Part shown: positions 45,647 to 56,805 of the stretch, piece by piece
How the letters are laid out: the number at the start of each line of letters is the position of its first letter
Position numbering within the stretch: the stretch's first letter is position 1
NCBI GenBank assembly: GCA_963733675.1
Contig: CAVTET010000006.1
Coordinates: forward strand, 64,001 to 128,000
From: an uncultured Methanosarcinaceae archaeon
GTDB taxonomy: Archaea > Halobacteriota > Methanosarcinia > Methanosarcinales > Methanosarcinaceae
Reading direction: 5' to 3'
DNA length: 64,000 nucleotides
Notes under the pieces: model-generated
Seen by the model: the letters and a program-made list of their open reading frames with translations, nothing else
What the model was told of the DNA's origin: nothing
The model's database searches: none
Translations under genes and position numbers: made by a program

Positions 45647-45750
45647 AGGACTTATGCGGTTGAATTGAAAAATTATTGGCATTATATAAAATCAAACTTT
45701 ACAAATTAATGGGTATCGTATTAGATTCAATATTTCAAGTGTGTAAGTCC
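45647..45750. mobile_element. ~104-bp MITE, family B
   Basis: AGGACTTATGCGGTTGAATTGAAAAA...TCAAGTGTGTAAGTCC. Another AGGACTTAAGCAG end at 45766. Confidence 0.65.
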
Positions 45751-46989
45751 GAATGTATAAATCTTAGGACTTAAGCAGTAACAGATTTTGAACATTGTTT
45801 CCCTTTTACTTATTTAATATAGCAATAAATTTAATTTGTATTTTGACCTGTTTAAAATATACCGTTGTTATAACTTTATATAATTTTATTTTATTTTATT
45901 CATGAATCAAAATATTCCATTTTCTAATTCTTTGTAACTTCAACTTTAGGAAAGTTCTCGATTAAACCATTACAAATGCCTGAGGACTCTTTTTTCTTTT
46001 TCTGTTCATTATTATTTGATTTTAAAGATAGCTTTAGTTATCATTAAAATACTCCTTTTATTTCCAATGTCCTCAATTGATGGCGATTATAACACAAAGC
46101 TGTACATGACATCTTCAGAAAATTTCAATAAACCTAATATTGAGCTGATTGCTTATAACGCTTATATATACAATTTGTTGAAATCGGAGGTTAATCTAAA
46201 TTTTCTATAGGCTTCCAATTCTATAGGGTTAGGTGTATCTTGCAGGGTATTATAAAGACACATAATATTTTTTATTAGACTGTTATTATCTGCTAGCAAG
46301 TTTGTATAATTTACTAATAGTTCTAGTCTCTTGCTGGCATTCGCGGTCTTCTAATAACTACTTAAGACATTGAATCATGGCAGAAGTGGGGCTGTTATAT
46401 CAAGCATTTACTATATTGCTATACAACTCAATTATCACCCACACGCACAATTTACACTTGTCTTCTGGCATATACGCAATACATGACATGAGTAAAAAAA
46501 TGCTTTTAAAAAGCTAGAAAATTATTCCAAATATTAGTATTGTAATTATATATAAGTTATAATAAAACATAGTATTTCATGAGTTTTGAGTCCATGTTTA
46601 CCTTAAAATCAAGGCAAAACTGCAAAAACGCAGGGGTTTTGGTATAAAATGTCTGTATATTCTCAATGTAAACTCTTCATTACTATTCTATTCACTAATA
46701 ACCCGAACCCATAAACTTAGAAGTATAGAAAAACGTACATTTAATTAATTTCAAACAAATTAGTTTGTTTACAGTTCAATTTGCTTTTTTGTCTATAATG
46801 ATTTAATGCTGAATGTTATGTCCTTTTCACGATTATAATTCAGGATGCCTATTGCTTCAGATGTGGGTTCCCTATCGTTAATAGTAAATCTAAATAAGGG
46901 ATAGGCCACTGATAGGCTCAAGGTAAGGTTCTCATTCGATGGCAATGGAAAAGTAAAATATAGCAATTAGTAGATTAAGATAATGCCAG

Positions 46990-47433
46990 AACACCGAAAT
47001 ACCCTACCTGTTTATTAATGCTACTCGTTTTAAGGTTAGAGATGGACTTCATTATGAAAACCCAGCTTTCTTTTTAGTTACTAGGATAAGGGATGACGGG
47101 TACCGTGAAATTTTTGGAACAAAATTAGCAGACAGTGAATAATTTCTTTTCTGGGAAGATCTTTTCGTTGATCTGAGATAAAGAGGTTTAAGAGGTGTCA
47201 AGTTAGTCATCTCTGATGGTCATAAAGGGATACAGAAAGAAGTTAAAGAATTCATTATTAAATCAGGCTGGCAGATGTGTCACTCACATCTGATAGACAA
47301 GTTCTCAAGAAGGTGCCGAACAAGAAGTAAAATGAAGACCAGCTAACAGGAAACAAGTATGGTAATAATGGGATAGTAATCAAAAAAGAAGATTAAGGGT
47401 AAAGAGCAAATTTTATATAATTAGGCACACCGC
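46990..47433 (+). mobile_element. IS256-family transposase remnant
   Basis: YLFINAT.FKVRDG...RDDGYREI.G..LADSE..FWEDLF.DL..RGLRGVKLVISDGHKGI...WQMCH.HL with stops. Confidence 0.82.
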
Positions 47434-47629
47434 CGGATCCCATCAATGCACTCAATATTCGAGATGTTTCGGCATTAATCGATAGGTCACGTTCAAATGT
47501 TTGTGTCGTTTTTAAAATCTAGTGATTTTTGATTTTTAAGTTACCACTAAATTTTGATATTGTTTCAAAAACGATATCAAAAAAATATTTTAGTTTTTAA
47601 TGTCGACTTGCCAGAAATAGGATAATAGT

Positions 47630-50600
47630 TTAATGTAATTTGCGGAAAAACTCTTCAACCACATAGGTCCTAGTTCTATTAAAAACATTATTTTTAAAGA
47701 ATTGAATTAGTCTCCTGGGTAAATTTGCACAGAATCCAATTTCTCTATGTGAAGTTTCATTGAGGTCATATAACTTTGTTGTGAATATATATTTAAAAAG
47801 GTCAATGTTGGTGAAAGCATTATAAGAGAAGTGTAGAGGGCTGATAGATTTCAAGCAAGTTATGTAGACTGCATCATATTCGGAAATCATTAAATCTAAA
47901 TTTTTCAAATTTATATCATGGATCTCGTTAGTTTTCGCTATATATTCTTCAGGCTTTGATATAATCTGAAGTATTTTGCTTTCGATATTTTTTGTTTCAA
48001 ATACATCTATGATCCATCCACCTCCATTTTTTTCCACTCTTTCTTTTAGGGCACCTAGATTCGAAACCAATACTGGGATTCCTATCGCCCAGCTTTCGGA
48101 TAAAGTGTATGAAAAGGTCTCTGGTGATTTTGCAGGAAATATCACCAAGTCTACTTCGTTTTCTAAAATCAGTTTTCTAAGTTCCTGAAAATCATCGTAT
48201 TTACCATAAATCGTCACATTCAAATTCTTATAATACCCCGACCTAAAATGTTTATCTGAGACTCCAAAAATGCTCCACTTTGTTTTACCTCTTAATTTTT
48301 TTGATTTTGCTAGCTCATAAAATATTTCCCTACCTTTTAGAAGGTATAGTATTCCTATAAATGCAATGTGAATGGTTCTATTATGGATATCTCTGAATTT
48401 TTTGATCATGTCTTTACTTATTAATAACTCTTTATTGTGTCCATGTCCTATTACTGTAGATTTTCCATCGATATTAGGATAATAGATACTTAATATATCG
48501 AGTGCAGACTTAGTTGGAGTAATTAGAAGAGCAGTTATTTCAAAAATATCCGTAAAATGGTTTCTCCATGATGTAATAAAATTTGACTTGAGTCCCAATT
48601 TTCTCAAGCATATTTCACATTCAGTTAAATTAGTTTTCCCGTGACAATATTTATCGTTATAATTAATTAAATTAATTCTCGGACAGACAGAATAAAAATC
48701 ATGAATTGAGAACACAATAGGAATGTTTCTTATCTTTGCTATATTGAATATATCAAAAGGGTGGCCAATCAAGTGATGTACATGTATTAAATCTATCTGG
48801 AAAGTATCTATGATACTGGAAACAATTTTTTCATATTCCTCATTATGAAATTCGAATTTATTTATTTGTGAATTCATCAAAAAGACATATTTTAAAATAT
48901 TATTATTGTTTATTTCGGTTAATATTATTTGATTATTTATAACTTGTACCACAAATAGTTTATAGTGTTTGTTTAATTTTTGAATTAAATCTTGTACATG
49001 AGTCTCTGTTCCACCACCTAATGTGTGAAGTATATACATTATTTTTTTTTTTGAGACATCCCACGTCTGTATCCTTAAATGTATATTTTCATTTAATTTT
49101 TTCAACAGATTTGAGTTGATGAATTGATTAATTGTAGGAAAGTATTCAGGATACATTCTTGAGATGGTATCTAAATTTTTATTTGTATCTTCTGATTTAC
49201 TTGCTGAAAAAGATGCTTCACCTCTATGAAATATAAAGGTATCATCACAAAGCACATTTTTGTATCCTGCATAAATAGCTCTCATACTAAAGTCGTTTTC
49301 TTCTCCATAATCTTTTCCAAATGTTTCCTGATCAAAATAATCGATTTTATCAAGAATTTCTCTCTTAATATACATACAAAAATCAACAGCTTTTGGGATT
49401 TCAGGATATATCTTAAATGATATTTGCTCAATAAAATCAGCAAAGGATTCTATAGAGAATCCTGTTGGGACTTCATTAACTTCGCAAAAGTTTGGAATCG
49501 AACAAATTGCACTATTGTTGGTAAATGGTGTAACTGTACCAATTTTATCATCAATGTTTGCACATTCTTTTAGTTTGTGTATCCAGTTTTTGGTCACGAT
49601 CGTATTGCTGTTAAGAAGTATTACATCTTTTTTCGAAAATTTAATGCCTCTGTTTACTGTTTTCATAAATCCTTGATTTTCAAAGTTTTCTAGGAGAACT
49701 AGATTTTTAGATTTGAAAGGCTTTAATTTTAAGAATAAGTCTTTTATTTTAAGATCAGTACTGTTATCATTGATTAAAATAATTCGAGAGCCTTCTTGGT
49801 GAAAAAGAACGCTTAGTAGGCATCTTATCAAATCTTCATAAGCATTATAAACAGGGATAATAATATCTAGTCCAATGTCATTCGATTGATTCGTTTTTTT
49901 TGCCATAAGGCATTCAAATATTTTTTTTACATAATGATTTTTTTCGATAACAAAAGCATGTAATTTTTTTTCCTCGATCTCATCATCTATGCAATCGATA
50001 ACTTTAAGTAAATCTGGCTCTTTTGAGCGAAACTGATCTAAAATATTTTTAACAACGGATTTCTGACTTTCGTATTTTGGTTTATGATCGTCTAAATTCT
50101 CAGTTTTGACATTCCTCTGTAAGTCCATTATTTCGTTAGTTATATATATTCCTTCAGAGACTATGAGGTAAAGAATCCCACCAGGTTTTAAAATATTTAG
50201 ACAATCATGTAGAATCTTTTCTGCGTTTGTTTCCTGATCTATGATATCAGCAACTATGCAAAAATCTAATTGTTTATCTTTAAACTCCTTAAAACCCTGT
50301 TTTTTGTCAAAAGGATACGCCTTTACAGGCGTAGATTCTGAATAGTCATGTCCTCCTACTTCAACTGAGCTTTCCTTATTTATACCTAAAATACAAGAAG
50401 CATCTATATGAGTAATTGATGCATTACTTGGGATGTCAAATGACTTATTCATTGGTCCAATTTGAATTCCCTTACCACGGATATATTTTGCTGCTAGTTC
50501 CGAAAATCTGCTTTTTACGGGATTTTTAGAAAGATTAATTTCAATTCCTATTTCTTTGGATTTCATATTTTTGGTTTTAAGTGCTTTATTTACCCAATTC

Positions 50601-50719
50601 CTCCCACTTTGCAATCCTGTATCGTATACTTGTCTTCTTGTCGTATTAATGGGGAAAACTCGCTCAACAAATCCATCGTGGAAATTCATTGATAACTGGG
50701 ATAATATAGTCCTTTTCAT
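47630..50719 (-). CDS. multidomain glycosyltransferase (methyltransferase-like + GT2 + GT4)
   Basis: N-terminal GKGIQIGP...ILKPGGILYL. Central DIIIPVYNA/NDNSTD/GEENDF. C-terminal GGGTETHV/SIHDFY.VCP/PETFSYTLSE. Confidence 0.88.
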   Translation of the reverse strand: MKRTILSQLSMNFHDGFVERVFPINTTRRQVYDTGLQSGRNWVNKALKTKNMKSKEIGIEINLSKNPVKSRFSELAAKYIRGKGIQIGPMNKSFDIPSNASITHIDASCILGINKESSVEVGGHDYSESTPVKAYPFDKKQGFKEFKDKQLDFCIVADIIDQETNAEKILHDCLNILKPGGILYLIVSEGIYITNEIMDLQRNVKTENLDDHKPKYESQKSVVKNILDQFRSKEPDLLKVIDCIDDEIEEKKLHAFVIEKNHYVKKIFECLMAKKTNQSNDIGLDIIIPVYNAYEDLIRCLLSVLFHQEGSRIILINDNSTDLKIKDLFLKLKPFKSKNLVLLENFENQGFMKTVNRGIKFSKKDVILLNSNTIVTKNWIHKLKECANIDDKIGTVTPFTNNSAICSIPNFCEVNEVPTGFSIESFADFIEQISFKIYPEIPKAVDFCMYIKREILDKIDYFDQETFGKDYGEENDFSMRAIYAGYKNVLCDDTFIFHRGEASFSASKSEDTNKNLDTISRMYPEYFPTINQFINSNLLKKLNENIHLRIQTWDVSKKKIMYILHTLGGGTETHVQDLIQKLNKHYKLFVVQVINNQIILTEINNNNILKYVFLMNSQINKFEFHNEEYEKIVSSIIDTFQIDLIHVHHLIGHPFDIFNIAKIRNIPIVFSIHDFYSVCPRINLINYNDKYCHGKTNLTECEICLRKLGLKSNFITSWRNHFTDIFEITALLITPTKSALDILSIYYPNIDGKSTVIGHGHNKELLISKDMIKKFRDIHNRTIHIAFIGILYLLKGREIFYELAKSKKLRGKTKWSIFGVSDKHFRSGYYKNLNVTIYGKYDDFQELRKLILENEVDLVIFPAKSPETFSYTLSESWAIGIPVLVSNLGALKERVEKNGGGWIIDVFETKNIESKILQIISKPEEYIAKTNEIHDINLKNLDLMISEYDAVYITCLKSISPLHFSYNAFTNIDLFKYIFTTKLYDLNETSHREIGFCANLPRRLIQFFKNNVFNRTRTYVVEEFFRKLH

Positions 50720-50845
50720 TTTGCTATTTTCATCTCCAAGTTACTCCCGTATATATCATTAAAACTAACCACATCCGCTTAATCTATAAGTTCTTTTATT
50801 CGCACTTCAATAATAGCAACTTGAATCTTACCTGAATTAGACAAC
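50716..50845 (-). pseudogene. ManC/PMI cupin C-terminal remnant
   Basis: LSNSGKIQVAIIEVRIKELID*ADVVSFNDIYGS. Homologous to 36955-37071. Confidence 0.68.
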
Positions 50846-50851
50846 TTGTGA

Positions 50852-50965
50852 CTTCTCCTTTGCCTCACACAAATGGTATATGCGGGGAGATAATTCCAAT
50901 CTTTATATACTAAATATGTCTTGTATAAATTGTTCACATAAAGTAATTGTGTGAGTTGAAATACA
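50852..50965. repeat. diverged copy of 56919-57048
   Basis: Shared cctcaca...tatgcgggg.gataat...tgtcttgtata...aattgtgtgagttgaaat. Confidence 0.75.
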
Positions 50966-50966
50966 A

Positions 50967-51060
50967 TTCCCGATTAAATAGAAAATTCGTATATTTTTAT
51001 TGTTTTTTCAAAACTTCTTCCCAATCCATTACCTATTTCGAACCATTTTCTTTTTCTTTT
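50967..51060 (-). pseudogene. 3'-end fragment of a paralog of the GT4 at 55013-56119
   Basis: attaaatagaaaattc.tatat...aacttcttcccaatccattacc.attt.gaaccatttt matches 55007-55100. Confidence 0.8.
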
Positions 51061-51082
51061 GAATCATGTATCTTTTTATAGA

Positions 51083-51131
51083 ACGAAGCGCAAAACTCCA
51101 AGGTCTTCATCCTAGGGTATATAAACGTCAA
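51083..51131 (+). mobile_element. orphan IS200/IS605-like right-end remnant
   Basis: aactCCAAGGtcttcatCCTAGGg...cgTCAAC: a hairpin followed by TCAAC. Confidence 0.4.
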
Positions 51132-51626
51132 CTTCAACCTTGGTTCAGTCTATATATTTAGAGTATGTAAAATATTTGTGCCTGTTATTCGAGGAATTTT
51201 ATGTTTATCTTGAATCAAACCCAGAAAGATTAGAGATGTATAGTATACTATAGAAGGATAGAATAATATTATTATACTCTTATATTAAATATGTTAAGAC
51301 CTAGTATAACTTACGTTATCTTCTGCTCTATATAGCAAAGACCTATTCACAAAAATTGTGTCCAGTCTCTACTACATAAAAATCTAATCCATATAATGGG
51401 ACGATACAATCAACAGATGCAACTCGTGGGTCCAATACTAAATCTTTTCCCTGTGATAGATATTCTATAATAAATTTAACCATATATAATAAATTTAAAT
51501 TGATTAAATTCATGATTATATGAAATCTTTATGCTCTAAGAAATCTTTCTTTAATCGGCCATAAAAAGCAGATCTTCAAGCTAAAAGATTAATTTTAAAC
51601 GAAGATTTTGAGATGTGATCGAAATA

Positions 51627-52409
51627 ATGATTTCTGTTGTTTGTGTTTATAATAATAAAAAAATATTTAACGATTTTCTGCTTAAAAGTTTGAAATATCA
51701 AACTGTCGAATTTGAGCTAATTGGAATTAATAATACCTCTGATGAATTCAAGTCTGCAGCTGAAGCTCTTAACTATGGAGGAAAAAAATCCAGGAACAAA
51801 TACATAATGTTTGTTCATCAAGACGTGAGTTTCTTTCCAAATTTCTGGCTTGAAGAGATTGAGATATTTCTGAATTCTATAACTAATTTAGGAATTGCTG
51901 GGGTAGCTGGCATGAGTGAGTCTGGCGGTTCTAATCAGGAAAGAGGAAGAAATATTATAACACACGGGAAGCCCCCACAATTTTGGCTATGGGGGAATAA
52001 AATACAAAAGCCCGAACCAGTACAAACACTTGACGAATGCTTGATAATAATTCCAAAATCCATTTTTAATGTTCTTGAATTTGATGAAAAAATAATAGTT
52101 GACTGGCATTTGTATGCAGTAGACTACTGCCTCAGTGCTAAAGAAAAAGGATTCGAAGTTTATGTGCTTCCGATGGAGATTTATCATTTATCAAGTGCAA
52201 TCAGCAAAAAAAAAAATCCATCATTAGTAGGTCCGCTTCCTGATATGTATTATGTGACTCTTGATAAATTAATTAAAAAGCACTGCGATTCGTTTAAAAG
52301 GATTTATACAACTTGTGGAGATTGGAGTACTTCATATCCTTCAATTATTCAAAGAAGTTATTACATGCAAAGGTTCATTATGGGTTTAGAAAAATTATTT
52401 CGGCATTAA
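51627..52409 (+). CDS. GT2-like glycosyltransferase
   Basis: ISVVCVYN, SAAEALNYG, MFVHQDV, GIAGVAG, VQTLDEC, WHLYAVDYCL. Confidence 0.87.
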   Translation: MISVVCVYNNKKIFNDFLLKSLKYQTVEFELIGINNTSDEFKSAAEALNYGGKKSRNKYIMFVHQDVSFFPNFWLEEIEIFLNSITNLGIAGVAGMSESGGSNQERGRNIITHGKPPQFWLWGNKIQKPEPVQTLDECLIIIPKSIFNVLEFDEKIIVDWHLYAVDYCLSAKEKGFEVYVLPMEIYHLSSAISKKKNPSLVGPLPDMYYVTLDKLIKKHCDSFKRIYTTCGDWSTSYPSIIQRSYYMQRFIMGLEKLFRH

Positions 52410-52529
52410 AATTACCTTGAATTTAATTTTGAACACTCAATTTTTGTATTTTTATGGAAAATTTATCGTGGATCGCAAAAAATTTATACTTAATATAAAC
52501 TACGTTGGCAGCCGGCGTCATTTTCTTTA

Positions 52530-52750
52530 GAGAATTTTGATAAATACCTAGGATTTGATATTAGGGAGTTTAGATCTCTTAACAGTCATTTTCACTCATG
52601 AAAAATTTTACTATTTTGCTCTTAAAAAGGATATAAACGTCTTTAGTTAGTTGAAGACAAACTTGCTGAAATTGATTCCCTAATGGCTTGGAAACCTTTT
52701 CGTATCATTTTTGAATCCATATATTTGAACAAAACAATTTCAGGAAACAG
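52530..52750 (+). mobile_element. IS5-family left end with transposase N-terminal remnant
   Basis: End GAGAATTTTGATAAA, then ATG 52598 MKNFT..FALK...YKRL...DKLAEIDSL..WKPFRII.ES.Y.NKT.SG.R. Confidence 0.72.
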
Positions 52751-53269
52751 GAATACAGAAAACTAGCAAAACTTTAGTATTAAGGTTGCTGTTTTCCTAG
52801 TCGTTTTTGGGAGCAGCTTAATAAAATGTCTTTAAACCATTGATACGAGATACCAGCATAAAATATCTCAAATTTTAACTCGAATATTTATCAATGATAT
52901 AAATTATTTTTGTTACTATATTTTTCTCTCTGTATTTATCACCTATAATAAAGAATTATTTGATATCCCATATATTATTCAAATCAAATTGAGTACGGCT
53001 ACAACATCATAAATGATGAGGTATGCTATGGGCCATCGCCAAATTTTTAGGGAATCATTTAGTATGCTTTGACAAAATTTTCTGAAGATATTGATGCATT
53101 ACCAACTCTTGTGATCAGGGTAGCAAAAAATCTCATTTTACAAAGAATCAATGATATCGAGATTTAAATGAAACAAAAGAGAGGCAAGGGTTCACTTCGT
53201 CCTCTGCATAAAGGAAGAGGTATTCGTAATCCACCGCGCTCCAGATGTAATAACTTACACATATTGTTA

Positions 53270-54144
53270 TACGTATGTGGAATGTAATGTGAAACAAGTC
53301 GAAATCTATAATTATAATACTTATAAAGATAAAGGAGATCTCTTCATCTCAATAACCCCCAAAATGATAGCTGAAACATAATACATTGATACAGGTATCT
53401 ATCAGGCTGTGATGGGGTATCACAAAAATAGTAAATGCTGTAAATTCTCAGGAAAATTTCTGGAAATAAAAACTCCAAGAATTGATAAATATTGAAATCC
53501 AAAATTGGATTCTATCAAATCATGAAGGAATCAGTGTAAAGGTAAAAAGAAATGTTCCAAAAAGAGTAAAAGATACCTTCGACTACATAGAACTTATCGA
53601 AAAATGGGGAGAAAATAAATATAATCAATTAAAGGATTTCTAACATAAGCTTTCCCGAAAAATGATTGCAATACGAAAGCTAATATCGTTCTAATTGGAG
53701 ATTTGAAAGTCAAAAAGATAGTTCAATCGAAAAAACAAAAAGGAAAAGTAAAAAATTTTTGAATAGATCTACTCAGAATCAAGGTTATCTTTCCCACTTC
53801 ATTGAACTCTTGACCCATAAAGCATAACTTTTAGGTAAGAAAGTGATAATAATTGATGAGAGCTATACTTCCAAAGAGTGCTGTATCTGTAAAGTAAAAC
53901 ATGATATGTCACTTTGGGAATGAATTATGTCTTGAGATTGTGGAAACATAATCGATAGATATCTGAATAGTGCAATTAATTCATGAAATGCTTCCTCTCA
54001 CAAAATGCTTCGCGGACAAGCTACCAACACTTTGTTGGTAATTTACAAACGGGTTTACCGATGTTTAGTAATAGCGATCTCATTAATCAATTGACGTAAA
54101 TATTTGTGTGAAGCTCCTGAGCCTTTAGCTCGGGGGTAGTTCAC
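53270..54144 (+). mobile_element. tnpB: IS605-type tnpB pseudogene with right end
   Basis: Degenerate QAVD.GITKIV, HKLSRKM, IGDLKVK, LNRSTQ, IDESYTSKECCIC, DCGNIIDRYLNSAIN. End hairpin CTCCTGAGC-cttta-GCTCGGGGG followed by TAGTTCAC. Confidence 0.85.
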
Positions 54145-54299
54145 TACAGCACTGCTTAATCAGACGTAAAATATGCTTGCTGCAAAGCAGGGTACCATAT
54201 TAATCGTTCTAATCCCGAAAATTTTGATAAAAAAACGATATGGTTTAGTATGTGATAATAGTAAAATTTAAGCTAATTTGTTTGTCTTGATCCGTTTAT

Positions 54300-54998
54300 T
54301 TTTATTTTTTATGTGTTCAGCTATGGATTTTGGTTGAAAAAATAACTTATAGCCACTTTACTAAGCCTGAAGTTCAGATCGTTTTATTCCCTGCTATATA
54401 TGCCATTATACGCTTTTTTCTCGTAGTCTCCCCAGCTTCTCGGGGTACTTCTGTCATGCAGATAGCGTGCATGGTCGGTTACAGTTTCTTGAACCTCTTC
54501 AAAGTCTTCAGTATATTCTATACATCTTCTGTCTACTTATTAAGCACAAAGGGAAGCTTTTTAGCATTAGCTTCTTTTTATAAAATTCTGCAGTAATTTG
54601 CGAAATAGGGTTATCTTCAAGTAATCTTGGAACTACTGTCCCGATTTTAATTTCCGATGAAACACGTGAATTATATGTCTTGACCAAAGTTTCAACACAG
54701 TCAGGTAATTAAATCAAATCATCTTCTATGATAAAAACAAAATCTCCTTTAGAGTGGGATAAGTCAATGTTTCGGTTACCAAGAGTTCCATGATTAGCTT
54801 TGTTTATTTATACTTTGATCCATAGTCAAACTTCGTACATTCCTCAGCGACAGATGATGTTTCATCCTTTGAGCCGTCATCGGAATTAATTAGTTCCCAG
54901 TTATCATATGTCTGGTTCAATACCGAATTAACGCATCTTTTTATTAATTCGGCCCTGTTGTAAGTTGGCAAAATTATTGATACCAGTTGTTCTTTCAT
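54300..54998 (-). pseudogene. GT2 glycosyltransferase, fragmented
   Basis: VSIILPTYNRA...SVLNQTY..WELI..DDGSKD then stops. Downstream GDFVFIIEDD fragment. Confidence 0.75.
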
Positions 54999-55012
54999 AA
55001 GCAAGTTCCCAA

Positions 55013-56119
55013 TTAAATAGAAAATTCATATATCTTTATTATTCTTTCAGTAACTTCTTCCCAATCCATTACCGATTTTGAACCATTTTTGTTTTCTTTT
55101 TTACCTTTCTTCAAGTCCCTTACAGCCTTCACAACCTTTTTTGTGGTAATAGGCATTTCAATTCCCACACAGGCTTTCCCATCCACAAACTCCTCAAGTG
55201 CACTTCCTTCTGCCACTATACACGGAGTTCCCGAAGCCAGTGCCTCAGCAACCGTTATCCCGTATGCCTCATGGGAAGAGAGCATGAGAAATACATCGGC
55301 ATTTGCATAGCATTCAAGTAGCTCTTTCCTTGAAAGGTTTTTTAACCACTCAATCTTTTTTTCCGCTCCGAGTTTTTTCGCCATGCTGCGAAGTTCTGCT
55401 TCGTATGGCCCCTTCCCCACGACCCTCAACCTGAAATCATGAAGCTCAGGCAAACCCTGTATAATATACTGTACTCCTTTATACTCCTCCAAGCGGCCTA
55501 CATAGAGAATAGTTTTCAGTCTTCCGGTTTTCTCTTCTAAATCTATTTCAAGTTGCCTCAGATTTTCGAACTCTTTGAGGTTTATTCCGTTAGGGATTTT
55601 TATAGTTTTTGCGGCAACTTTAAAATCCGATTCTACGAGTTTCTTTTCATACTCAGACACACATATTACGGAATCTGCCCTGGAAAAAATCCTCCTCCCG
55701 AAAAGCTTATACGGCTTATGAAGCAGGTTCCTTAAAACAGTATGACCGTGCCGGTGATAATGGGGCGTAAATACGAATTTCCCCCCACCTCTGACTAGGG
55801 ACGCAAAGAATGCAGGAAGAGCATGGTAGCTGTGTGCATGAATTATATCATAGTTATGTTTTTTCAGGTAAAAATAGATATGGGGAGCAAAGTAATATGC
55901 ATTTCCTGGTGCAACAGATCCGAACCTGATAACCTTTACTCCATTTATCATATCTTTTTTATTCAATTTTACCGTGGAATCCGTTGTTATGACCTCGACA
56001 TCATGCCCTGCTTTAACCAGCTTTTCACTGATCTCTTTTACATGAGTTTCCACTCCTCCTATATTAGGGAAGTAACGTGGGCATATCTGGGCTATTTTCA
56101 AGGAGAACCTCTTTTTCAT
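55013..56119 (-). CDS. GT4 glycosyltransferase
   Basis: IGGVETHV, IHAHSYH, ICVSEYE, IPNGI, YVGRLEEYKG, EAYGITVAEALASGTP. Confidence 0.92.
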   Translation of the reverse strand: MKKRFSLKIAQICPRYFPNIGGVETHVKEISEKLVKAGHDVEVITTDSTVKLNKKDMINGVKVIRFGSVAPGNAYYFAPHIYFYLKKHNYDIIHAHSYHALPAFFASLVRGGGKFVFTPHYHRHGHTVLRNLLHKPYKLFGRRIFSRADSVICVSEYEKKLVESDFKVAAKTIKIPNGINLKEFENLRQLEIDLEEKTGRLKTILYVGRLEEYKGVQYIIQGLPELHDFRLRVVGKGPYEAELRSMAKKLGAEKKIEWLKNLSRKELLECYANADVFLMLSSHEAYGITVAEALASGTPCIVAEGSALEEFVDGKACVGIEMPITTKKVVKAVRDLKKGKKENKNGSKSVMDWEEVTERIIKIYEFSI

Positions 56120-56199
56120 TGAAACTTATACTAAATAATACATTAGTTTAATATATAGATAATGTGATAATTTTGGTAAATGACATCTAACAAAAGCAT

Positions 56200-56805
56200 C
56201 TGCATATTCGGATATTCAAAATTTTTTTAAGCTGTAGTAGTTATTACCCATCTTTCTAGCAAATGCCATGTGTGCGGAAAAAAGGTATATGTGATTTGCT
56301 CCCTGCAGTTGCTTTCCTCCTTTCTTTTTCCTGAAAAATCTCATGTTGGAAAAACATTTCAGACCTTCACTTTTCACCCTTGATTCCTGTCTTTAACTGC
56401 AGACTATAATAATCCACTGATCTGGATTCAAGCATACAGCTTTCTTAAAGTGCAAAAGCCGGATATCATAGTTTTGCATTGGTGGACTTGTTCGGTTGCA
56501 CATATGCGGCTCTTGCTGAAATTGTTTGCAGGTCTATTGCATAAACCAAAAATACTATTAGAGTTTCACGAAATTGTGGGCCCTTTTGGAGAATCAACAA
56601 TTCCGATCCGTTTATAATCGAAAATAACGAGAAAACTGCTTCGTAAAAATCTTGATTTATATCTTACTCATTCTTAATCGGACAAAAAACTTGTCACAGG
56701 AAGGTATTCTATTGCCCCTAAAAAAATCCATGTAATCCCACCTGGCTCATGACCAGTAGGAGAACTGCTTGACATGAAAGAAGCGAGAAAAACAAAATTA
56801 AAGGT
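56200..56805 (+). pseudogene. GT4 glycosyltransferase N-terminal half, decayed
   Basis: DYNNPL.WIQAYSFLK.QKPDIIVLHWWT.SVAHM...LEFHEIV...LTHS*SDK...KIHVIP with stops and frameshifts. Confidence 0.7.
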
